DNA of 64,000 nucleotides from Lingula anatina (Eukaryota; Animalia; Brachiopoda): contig CM120642.1 in assembly GCA_051362555.1 (NCBI GenBank), positions 7,936,001 through 8,000,000 on the forward strand, in the 5' to 3' direction. A program made the position numbers and the translations under genes. Below are positions 53,039 through 64,000 of the stretch, one piece after another. The notes beneath the pieces were generated by a model. The model made no database searches. It saw only the letters and a program-made list of their open reading frames with translations, and was not told the origin of the DNA. How positions within the stretch are numbered: the stretch's first letter is position 1; each line of letters starts with the position of its first letter.

Positions 53039-54585
53039 GCATAAAAATCAGAGAGTCAGTCACCGTTTTACCATTATACAGTCAGCAGGCCAAGATTTAA
53101 CAACAGCGTCAAAAGTTATTTTTCCAATCTAACTGTTATTTCATTCAAATATTGCACGGTCACTATAAGGGCAAAAGGTCATTTGATCCCACAACTAAAT
53201 TGGTCGACTTGAAAAACACTCTCTAACCACAAATGTAACCGCATGAATGGTAATTTATAGTTTTGTTGTGCTCAAAGGTTGAATGAGGAGACACTTAAAC
53301 AGCTCACCAGGCCGACCACTGCATCTTATTGACTGACCCTGTAGGTGGCGTGTTTACAACTGTCTGCCCACCAGTCACCAACAGCATAAAACTGTGTAAT
53401 TTGATGGATAATTAGCCGTTTTTAAATAATTGCTGTAATTATGTAAAAAAACACAGTGAGATGTTAGCTGCTATTGTAATGAAGTCATGGTGGTGATTTT
53501 TTTTCTTTGCATGTTCATGTATGTGTATACTTGTTAGTGTATTTGTGTGTGCATTTGTGTTCATATGTTCAAATATCCTTCCATGTGTGCTTGTATGTTA
53601 CAGCATGTATGATCATGTGGGTTAATGCGTGCATGCACAACTTAAAGTTTTTTCGGCCCTCCCATGCAGTCACTCCCTTGATCAGGACCATTTCCCCATC
53701 CTTTCCAGTAGTTAGCCTCCAGAGGGGGTAAGGTATTCCAGTCATTTCAAAGACCTGAATTAAAATATTTACTCTATGACTCAATGTTATGCTGTGTCTG
53801 TGGGAGTTTGTTCCATCTATCAATCAGTTTTATGGCCAATTCTTGTGCATCTGGTAAAAAATGGAGAGATGTGAATTTTTTTACATCATTTGATCATTTA
53901 ATAGTAGCATAACCCATAACCCTTATCAAAACAGTAAGGATGTCACATATCAAATGATTAAATGGATATTAAACGTTGCATTAAAAAAACACATTTGTAA
54001 TATTTTGGAAATGCAGTCTTGGAATCTTTTCAATAAGTGCAAAAGGATTAAGAACTGAACTGCCCTATAAATGAGTGCAGAGTTAATATTTCCTATTTCA
54101 ATAAATTTTATTTTCTTTTAGAATAAATCAAGGCAGAGGTACATTCTTACACCTCAATTAAAACATTACATTGCCCACAAATTTAAAATGTGGTAATTAA
54201 TTTTGTTATTTATGGCAAAACATTGCAACTAAACAATAGCCACGTAAATCTTCATCAAGAGCTTTTTAAATGCTTCTTTGTAAGTTTGACAAAGAAAAAT
54301 GTATACAATTAGTTATCTAAAAAAAACTTTTTTCCTCTGCCACTTCAGGATAGAACAGTTTGACATCATAAAGTTGAACCTTGCTTTACTTGATAAAAAA
54401 TTAACGAATAGTGGTAATGAATACAATACTTTCACTTGTATTGCCGAAGTTTTAATTACTGTGAATTTGTCAATTTTCTTTAAAATTTCGGTAGTATTAA
54501 TTTCACAGTGATTTGTTTGCAGCTCACATTAACCATCACTTCATTTATTTTTTTTTCCTTATTTTTTTCTGCATGTGTACATGTG

Positions 54586-54589
<4 letters not shown>

Positions 54590-54622
<33 letters not shown>
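54590..54622. repeat. (TG)n microsatellite
   Basis: Direct reading. Confidence 0.98.
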
Positions 54623-54625
<3 letters not shown>

Positions 54626-56810
54626 TACCGGCATTTGTGTGGTATACCATACATACAAAAATTAAGGCTGGACAGAAAGTTAACATTTCTTTAAAAAAAA
54701 ACCTTAAAACACAATCTAATGGTGGTTGTGTTGAGAACACCCATATCACAACTAACACAATTGAGAACTCAGCTCCAGCCTTCAATGGCACAATAGATAG
54801 ATGGAGTTAACATGTAAAGTAAATTAAGTGAAATAATATTTCTGGTTGTACTAGCAGTGGTGTTGGTGGTTTTTAACATGGTAGTGATTGTTATACTTTT
54901 AGAGGCTTAAAGTTTTAATGTTAGACGATACTTAAAAATTACTAAAATCTTTTTAATATGCCATAGGTAAGGTACCTGGTTAATTTTAACTTTCAACTTT
55001 CATTTAAACTTTAAAATACTTCATCTGCCTTTCATTACACCTTTCTTATTGTTTTCCATTTTCAGAGTACATTCCAACTGCTAATGGCAGCAAGAAATAC
55101 ATGTATCTAAACTACTTCAGCAGCAAAGTATCTTGTCACATGTTAAAAGAAATCACATATAAAAAGAACAGTTTTATTGGTCAACAGCCACTTATACCAT
55201 ATCAACCATGTACACTGATATAATTTATTGACAGTAACATTGGATATTTCAACAATAAGGGACAGCTAAGTATCACAAAAGGGGGGAGGGGGTGGAGGGG
55301 GATGAGATTGGCTATAAGCTAACAGCATAGATGATCTCAATTTTAACTTTGTGAACAGACAATTTAAAACTTCACTTTTCTATTAATTAAGAAAGCTTTA
55401 AGCAGAGCTATTTCTTTTTTGAACCATGGTTTCGCTACACAAACTCACAACAAGGTATTTACTGAGGTCTAAAAACAAAATTAAAATAATATTAGTATTT
55501 TCATTAATTCTACTTTCACATATTAAAGATAACTGGAACAATTGCAGAGAGCCCTAGTAGAGTGATCAGCGGCTGTCAAATGCCGGAGCAACAATAATAA
55601 ATTAATGTGAAATGCATCGAATAGAATCCAATATGGATGGATGGAATACCAGGACAATTGCACTCACAACATTTAAAAACAAATTAAAATATTATCATAA
55701 CTCTTTAATCCTACCAACACCTACTGGCCCAGAAGAATCACAAAATTGCCTACATTCATTTCTCCTTTCAACATCAATATATATCTTGCCAATTAAATAT
55801 ATAACATCCTTTTAATGATGGTGTTTTTTAGACTAAACAACTCTCATGACTTGATACGTTAACTTAATGATACCGATTTTTAGATTTTATTCATATAACC
55901 CTGTACAGTATAAATCTAGGGGATAACTTTTGGATGAATAAAAGAAACTACAGAATTTCAAATTATTTTGAATATTATAGCTAAACTTCTTATATGGAAT
56001 GGGACTATTTTGAAAAAGGAAAAAAAGCACAACCAGAAACAAACCCACACAATTCTTTTCAATTAATAGGGACTCACAGCTACAATATTGAGAATAAACT
56101 TAAATAGGACATTTTTAAATCTCTTTACTCTACATCACTTCTCTGAGGATTTTAATTAAAAATAACTTTCGTTACTCACACAATCACAAAATAGTCATTT
56201 TCTCAGGCTATGTATATAGTAAAACTAGGTATACATCAAGTCACATTTTGTTGAGAAAATAAACAGAGCTGAACCTTTTCTCTCCAAACATCCGAGCCAA
56301 CAATATTGTTGTGGAAACCAACAATCTAAAATCCAGCAGAATGTACTAGGATGGAAGTATCTGAATAGCAGTTTCAGCAGACACATTCACATTTATCCAC
56401 AAATAACCTGAAATAATGTTTCCTTACACAGCACATTTGTCTCATTTTGCACTATAAAACACCATAAGCATCCAAGTCTATCTCTTTTGTCAATATGGCC
56501 TGTGAATTAGTGATTAATCAATCTCTACAAACAATAGCTTCTTGTATGTTAAATCACAATATTAACATCCAAATTACATCAAACTGATACCAAATACATC
56601 TAGCAAAACATGTTGAGAAATCCTAGCTATTCCCAAGGTTTTGGACAATAAAACCTTTCGTTTTCACAGATAAGCACTGGTCCCATTATTTTCAAAGAAT
56701 TCTCAGTATTTACAATATTGTCAAGAAAAGGCTCACTCCTATATAATAGGCACTACAGTAACTGATGATGACGACAATGAAGATGATATCTTTTCCTTCC
56801 ATCATATAAT

Positions 56811-57520
56811 CTATGCATTTGTTGGATTATTATGATCCATTGAAACATAATTAGATGTTTTATATGAAGGATGGTCTGTTGTATGGAGGTGCTCGGTAGA
56901 GTTCATCTCGTCTTCACTGCCTAATTCATCTCGCGAATTAAGAAGGTTTCTTGAGACATCTCCTTCATGTCTATTTATAAAGCCACCACTGTCAGAAGCA
57001 TCTCCGTTAGTTGGAGTTTGGTCCTTTCGGGCTTTGGGTAGATTAGCTAGGGAGACCCGCATGTCTTTAAATGCGTGGAGAAGGAATATACCTGCAACTA
57101 TGGTCAGGAATCCACATATTACTCCCATAGCATCCATGGCGCCCAAGTGACCCCACTCTTTATACAAAATGGCAGATGCTATAATTGTAAATGAGGTAAA
57201 AAATACATAGTATATAGGTGTCACCACGGCAGTGTTGAATATATCCAAAGCTTTGTTTAAGTAGTTTAATTGTACTGATACAAACAAAGCCACCGTGAAT
57301 ATGAAAAAGTATGTTAGCCAATTGGTGAATTCATTTTTCCTCCCGCTGAACGTCTCTGTTAGGGCAACACCCAGGGCCTTGCAGCCCATCACAGATAAAG
57401 AACCAATCACTGAGCAGATAACAATGTAGATCAGGACGTTGGTGGTGCCATGTCTTGGAGCATAGTAGAATATCAGTACCCCAGCGATGACAAACACTAT
57501 GGCTACATACGTAATGAAGA
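56811..57520 (-). CDS. NIPA2: NIPA2-like magnesium transporter, last exon
   Basis: ...YIVICSVIGSLSVMGCKALG...QLNYLNKALDIFNTAVVTPIYYVFFT...; NIPA signature; acceptor tttcag. Confidence 0.95.
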
Positions 57521-57766
57521 CTGAAATAAAGGAAAAAACAGCATCTTTATTTAGATAACAGTTTTATCATAATTTTGCTTAAGAATTTAAGATACTGAAT
57601 AAATTTTTATGACCTGTTCAGCATATACAAGATAAACAACAAATTCATGTTCCATCTATTTTACATTTTTCTGAACACAAAATCAGTTTGAAAACCAGAT
57701 TATGGTCTGCAACTAATGCCATCTATCTGAGAAGACTTAATTTATATCTACAGCAGCTTTATTCAC

Positions 57767-57927
57767 CTGGATCTACAAGCTTGTGTGCCAGGGACTCCAT
57801 GCTATCAACTTCCTGTTCTTTTGGAGAATGGATGACTACAATAGTGGATCCCAGAATGCACTGCAAGCAGCCAATCTTTCCCAGAAGATTGAGACGCTCT
57901 TTCAGCAAATACGAAGACATGACAGCC
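57767..57927 (-). CDS. NIPA2: NIPA2-like exon
   Basis: [40 protein letters not shown]...DP; 161 nt, tag/gtgaat. Confidence 0.95.
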
Positions 57928-58357
57928 CTAAGAAGAAGTTGAAATATTATGTATTGACTTAATTTTACTGGAAGTTTTATGTAATTTTGTATATATGCTG
58001 CTTAGCTAGCTCATTTGTACAGATTTAAATGTACATAGTTAGGACATTCATAAACAGCTTTATGCTGAACTTTCTGTTTGTAGTTGTTTATTCTGTCAAC
58101 TTTTTCAATTATTCAGGCCATCTTGTCTGGTGGATACTAAAAAGTAAGTTTCGGTCAAAAGTTTTTTTCAACATGGATACTAAAAACTAGTTTTAAGTCA
58201 AAAAGTTTTTTTTTCATACATTGATACTTTTTCACCAATGTTACCACTATTCATTTTTCTGATAAATGAATCCTTCAAAAAGATATTTCTTCTTTTCCAA
58301 CCAATCTTTTACAAGTGACAAATTCAGGAGGGTTCCCAGAGATGGGTGACAACTTAC

Positions 58358-58448
58358 GCCACAAGGACACTGAGGGCTCCAAGGGGGGTGACTAGAGTAG
58401 CAGGAGCAAATGCATACGCTGTGAAGTTAGCTGCCTCTCCAGTTCCCA
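58358..58448 (-). CDS. NIPA2: NIPA2-like exon
   Basis: (M)[29 protein letters not shown](A); 91 nt, cag/gtaagt. Confidence 0.96.
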
Positions 58449-58845
58449 CTGAGGACGGTAAAAAATTATAAATAAATAAATAAACCTGTTGTTAAATATA
58501 ACATATCATTTCTATAAAAGATAGAGGTAGGGGTTAGTTTATCTATTCATTCATTAATGACATTCTTTATCTATTTATTCACATATTAATTTCATTATCT
58601 ATTTACCTAATTAGCTACATAAAAAGTAGCAAGTGAAGAATATTCCATTTTACTTATCATTTTACTTATTTTCTTTTTAATATTTTAATAAATCATTTTT
58701 TATACATCTGTTTATTTTATCACCCATTCACTTACTGGCTTATTTATATCGAGTTGTTTGAATGAAATGCCAATTTGGCCAACCTTTTTTTCAGCTATCT
58801 GACTAAATCCAAATGTATGCCAGGGCAGACACATTCATCACTTAC

Positions 58846-58902
58846 TAAGAATCAGTCCTAGCCACCACAGGGGCTCCTTCAGGTAGCCATAGCCGCCCTC
58901 AC
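58846..58902 (-). CDS. NIPA2: NIPA2-like exon
   Basis: (G)EGGYGYLKEPLWWLGLIL; 57 nt, ttccag/gtaagt. Confidence 0.95.
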
Positions 58903-60215
58903 CTGGAAAAGAAGCAGCACAGTGTTAACCATCAACCATACAATTAAGATAATCCATTACAAGGGCACCTCAACATAATTATGAGCCATTCAACTGGATA
59001 TAATATTAGCAGTACTATCTAAGTTATAAAATGGGACATGGAATCAATGGTAATGCAGCCAGTTCTTTGATCAAATACTGTATCATCAACATCTAAGCTG
59101 TTCTACATACATAATGCAGGTGAGGTTTACCTGAGCCTATACCAGACTTAAGCTATCTCCATTGGAATAATCAATTTTTAAATTCCACTTAGGCAGAACC
59201 AAGGCATATTGAAGGAAATGTTGGTTTCCACACCTACAGTACTCTTAGTGATGGAGTTGCTAGAACAGAGATCTTTTGTCAAATTCATAGGAATCAATCA
59301 TCCTAGAAAGCCCAAAGCCTCAAGACCTGGCATAAAATCAAGTGAGATATTTTTCTAGGATTTGGAGGACAGTGGGGTCAGAAATAATGGCAAAGTACTC
59401 TCTGGCCACATGGTGTGCTATTACACTGTTACAAAAATTTCACAAGGCCCAGAGTGAAACTTTGCAGACTAATTTAGGGGCCCTTGATATCAGTGGGTAA
59501 TGGCAAACTAGCTACTGCAATGCAGCAACAAATAAAATCTGGCAGAGTTAATCAGCTGATATTTTTCTGGTTATTTTCTGTTCTGTTTTGCATGTTACGT
59601 GTAGGTTGCTTTTGGTGATGTGAGTTTTGCACTTATTAATGAGAAGATTACCCCCATCTTCCATAGATTCTCGCATGTTTTCCAGTCTCGTATGAAGCCA
59701 CACGGTGCCGACAACTCCATTAACTGTTACTTTGGATGATTCCCATTTAATTAATTTACTTATTCCCTTTCAACTCATTGTGAGGTGTTAAAAATCAAGT
59801 GATACACCCTGTACTATTCACCCCAGTGAAACCCTTGGCTAGTCTGACAATTCACTACTAGTACGCCATCAATATTATATGATATGGACAATAGGTTGGA
59901 GGCTGAGTCACTAGAAATATTGCGAAAGTAACCACTGTTCCCTGAATTATCATGACCCTGCTTTAATAATGAAAATGTCTGGAAAGCAGGCAGCTCACCT
60001 GAACCGACAGAAAATCAATGATTCTACGTGGGGTTCTGTTAGATTTCTAGTCACCTCGACTGAGATTGGTTTAGTCTGTAGTGTTCTGCTAAAACCTGGG
60101 CATTTCTCTTAGATGGAATCGTATGGCTCCGAGTATAGTGGTTTGCATATCTATGATAACAGTTGTACTCTCTTATTTATGGATGTGGGTCGTCATAAGC
60201 CTTTGATCTAAACTT

Positions 60216-60217
<2 letters not shown>

Positions 60218-60259
<42 letters not shown>
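60218..60259. repeat. (TG)n microsatellite
   Basis: Direct reading. Confidence 0.98.
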
Positions 60260-60260
<1 letters not shown>

Positions 60261-60628
60261 TTTGCCTCTCAGTGTTTTGTGACTGTGATATATCAGATTA
60301 AGGTGGTATTCATTCTCATTAAGTATAAACATTTGACTGCATAACATTCTGAATAAACCCAAGTATGGATTACACTGACTAAACCAATTCTATCTTCAAA
60401 AAAGTTCATTTTGCAACTCTTTCCCCTTCAAGACACAGGCTGCACCTCAATATATGATTGCATTACATCCTGCAAGCACCCTTCATTATAATGACTGAAC
60501 AGGGATTTCATTTTAAAAATCACCTCACTCCCTTATCCCTGCTGGTTTATCCATCCACAAAGTGATCCCAGTCCATACAAATTAAAACATTTTGTATTTT
60601 AAGAATATCAACTTTAAGCAATAAACAC

Positions 60629-60818
60629 CTGCTCTTGTTCCACTAGTAGCCAACTTCTTCAGTCCTTTCTTTTTCAATATGAAGCTTGCACCAATGAATA
60701 TACTGGAGCTGACTGCCAGGAAGAATCCTATATAGAAATCCCTCATAGCTTTATCAGGGTCTACAGAGTGGACGTGGGTGCCATTGGTCGGCATGATGCT
60801 AGGGCTTAGGGTGGAGTT
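60629..60818 (-). CDS. NIPA2: NIPA2-like exon (TM1)
   Basis: [14 protein letters not shown]...[27 protein letters not shown]...TRA(G); tttcag/gtgttt. Confidence 0.93.
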
Positions 60819-62122
60819 CTGAAATTGAAAAGTTCATAACATGTTACAAAATTGATATTTGGTGTGTGTGAGAGAGTGTGTGTTTGCGTGTGTGTGTGTG
60901 TGTGTTCATACTATTTCCACAATCATGATAAATCCACAAAAAAGCTCAATTTTCAAAACACATGTTCAAATGTTTAACATGATTAGATTCTCTGTAATAT
61001 ATGTACCTCCATGATATATGTAGTACAGGTCATTGTGTGTGCATGTGCGTGTGTGTGTGTGTGTTATGTTCAAAAGACAACAACATAACATCTCAGGTTA
61101 CTGCACTGGACCCTTCATGACCTATAAATCTGAGTCACAACTCTATGTCTAGCAGTTTACTATGGCAGACTAGAACGCAGAGTAACACCATTATGCAGCA
61201 TAAAGTGATGGTTCAGAGAGCAGGTGAAGTTACCTTGGGCAAAAGTACAGTCACGGTCACTAGGACAGCTAATGACAATCTACATGTAGAATTTTTCAAA
61301 TAGTCAATCACAGACAGATAGTGTATTTTTCAATCGACATGTCTGTTGAAAAAAGCTTTATTATAAATAATCTACTCTTCTGTACAAGCTGTTCAAAGGG
61401 CATTTAGCTATTTAGTGATTAAATTTGGTTATCCATTGTTAAGCTGGTAGAGAGAACGGGTCCACATTTCTGTTAACACCTGACCTACATGTCTCAGGTA
61501 CGGGTCAGTGCCCCAGAGGAGTTATATATACTGTACAAAAGTTTATGCACAGGTAAACTTACAACCTTATTTACCATTCTGTTGAAATTCAACTTGACTA
61601 CAGTTTGTATGTTTCAGTATTAAAAAGGGGGATTTTTGCTAATTTTTTAAGAATAATTTGAGTATAGAAATTATGGAAATTCCCAATTCAACATAAATGC
61701 TGTACTTTTAGATATGCAGCTGCAGTATTTATAATGATATATAAGTGGGAATCAAATAAAGAGGTTATTCCCTAAAGCCCTCATAAATATTTTGATGATA
61801 ATTCCAATACTGAATATGCATGTGATCCAAGTCTAAACAAAGTTGCAGTAATTACTTAATTCTAACAAAATAATTAACTACCTAAAACAATGCTTTATTA
61901 GTTTTCTCTCATAATAAACATTTGAAACTTCTGAATATGATACTAGTAGGCTAATATCAAAAAGGTCTTGTAATTTATAAATTTATTTAAAAAAAAACAG
62001 CTCATCAAAAACATAAATATGTACCTTTGTATTCTAATTGCCAACAGAGGTTAATTTGAGTATCAAGTGAATCTGTATGTTATGCCACATGAAATTACAT
62101 GTGATATCATAAGAAAGTTTAC

Positions 62123-62295
62123 CAGATACAGATCCAGAGATATTTTCTGACAGTCTTCCCAATAATCTTTATTGATCTATTCTCTATTTTTGACCGTCTT
62201 CCGAATAAAAAAAAAAAAAAATTGGATATCTCTTAAAAACTTTAAAATCTGACCGTCTTCCAGAAGATCCAGAAGACAGCTTAAATCCTCCCCTG
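62123..62295 (-). mobile_element. MITE copy (family of 2773-2938)
   Basis: GATCCAGAGATATTTTCTGACAGT...CTGACCGTCTTCCAGAAGA...CCCCTG. Confidence 0.7.
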
Positions 62296-62336
62296 GAAAC
62301 CTTATGTGATATAATGCGAAAGAGCAAATCACTTAC

Positions 62337-62363
62337 CACAGTGGAGGCAGAGGAAGACATCAT
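62337..62363 (-). CDS. NIPA2: NIPA2-like probable start (MMSSSASTV) within exon 62337-62498
   Basis: ATGATG...GTG|gtaagt, phase 0 joins the exon at 60818; acceptor ttttcttttcag before 62498. The ATG at 60794 is an alternative start. Confidence 0.6.
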
Positions 62364-64000
62364 GTGAAATGTCAGTCCTAAAATGGTTGGAAAACTTTGC
62401 GAGAGGCTTCCTTCTGTGTGAATCTTATAGAGAACCCAGAATACAGTCAGCAGTACCAATATTGTCAGGCATGCACGGATAACAAACGGTCTTTGTAACT
62501 GAAAAGAAAAGAAATAGCAACTTAATACCACTGTACAGTATCCATGCTAGAGCACAATACTGAGCCCTAGATTCATGCAAGTCTACATGTTACTCAATGC
62601 CACCACTTTCAGCCATACCACTGAAATAGGAGAGTTAAATACACAGACACAATAGTGAGTGTTATCATAACCAGAAACTGTGAGGACATTGCTTCACTCA
62701 CTAACAATGTGTAAATTTATACCATATATAACTAGGTCACAAGAAAGTATTATGTTCTGATTAATATATTACTATAATTCAATATAATGCAGTGAAAGAC
62801 TGGCCTCAACAGTTCTGAAACATCAAAACAATATATAATAAGGAAATGTGAATATGAATGTATTTACATCTCAATATTCATTGTATAGCATATGAATAAA
62901 TAAATAAATAAATTCAAAGCATGACTCTCAATTCCTAGAGTGGTCCAGGATTCCACGGCTACATGTAATTTGACATTAATCTCAAAACTAAAATCTCACT
63001 GGGCACAATTCTTGTTGTTTTAAGATGTTTAGAAACCAATTTTCAATGTGGTATTACACAGGGGTAACTGGTCTAGCAACAAGCTTCCCCGTGTATTAAA
63101 TGCCCCATGTGCTATTTCTGTACAAAATCAATGTACAGATAAATCAAAATCAACAACAAAAGCCTTGGGGCTTCTTAAATTGAAGCCAATGCTGATAAGG
63201 TTACATATGATAACATTAAACTGTTTGGCAGCTAAACCTAGCTGCAATAGATATTCATATACCAGTAGTCAAATAGAATATTTTCACTTAATTTGAAACC
63301 ATCTTACATCTTGGATCCAAATGAACTGCAGTGAATCCGTATAATGAAAACAACTGGCTCCAAAGAATTATCCAGAAAAGATTCTGAAACTGCCTCCTTC
63401 TCTTTTCTTATCAAGTAGAACAATCCAAACTGAAAACTCTGGAACTTGATCTTTCACATCTTTGGCTGAACCCCCTGTACGGGTTCTTTATGAAACAACG
63501 CATTTCTGAGAACCATACTATTAAGAGTATGAGCATCATTTATTTCTAGAAGTCTTCTGATTCATGCAACTGACATGTAAACTATCACACCATGCTGGCT
63601 CTTACACAAATTATTCTTGGAATCCATACTCCCCCCCCCAAATCAGAGGCTGAATACTTTCACACATCAGTTATTTATGGTTCCTGCTGATAAAAACTGA
63701 TAGAGATCCTATTATAATACCTTTATCATATCCATATAATACCATCATTTCTCCCCAGTATTTATATGCTATGAGTAAATTGAAGTTATAAAATATTAAC
63801 AACCATAATTCTATTTTCATACAATTTCGTTTTTTATCAACATCAATGCTTCCAGTAATGATAACTTTTCACATTTCTCATCCATTTTTATCCATGCATG
63901 CCAGAATGTAAAAAAAATTCCCAATATTCCTAGAATTCCATTGCTTTTTGCCTGGAAAGAATTGATTGCCTGGAAAGACTTGATATTCCTGACATTTGTG

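Noticed and set aside
54480-54810. ORFs with THTHTH/VCVCVC runs
   Set aside because: Translation of a (TG)n microsatellite.

Overview
AT-rich, intron-rich animal genomic DNA. The repeat types and gene content suggest an invertebrate bilaterian, plausibly a mollusc (inference). Four spliced protein-coding genes were reconstructed by hand with GT-AG junctions and consistent phases: PAM16/Magmas (+, exons 5818-12188, ATG exon not found), GLIS2 (-, 27074-15255, about 626 aa), TFAP4/AP-4 (+, 33500-47173, about 399 aa) and a NIPA2-like Mg2+ transporter (-, 62363-56811, about 411 aa). PAM16-><-GLIS2<-->TFAP4 has the same order and orientation as the human 16p13.3 block. Introns hold many non-autonomous DNA elements: a Helentron/HINE-like family with ~161-bp internal tandem repeats and head-to-tail junctions, a decayed TIR element with a 6-bp TSD, a Kolobok-like MITE, several other MITEs and a foldback family. 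The most unusual item is an intronic element (~19260-19590) whose hairpin has three tandem G.A mismatches and a GCA triloop, consistent with selection on a strand-specific ssDNA structure. Most short ORFs in the supplied track are spurious.
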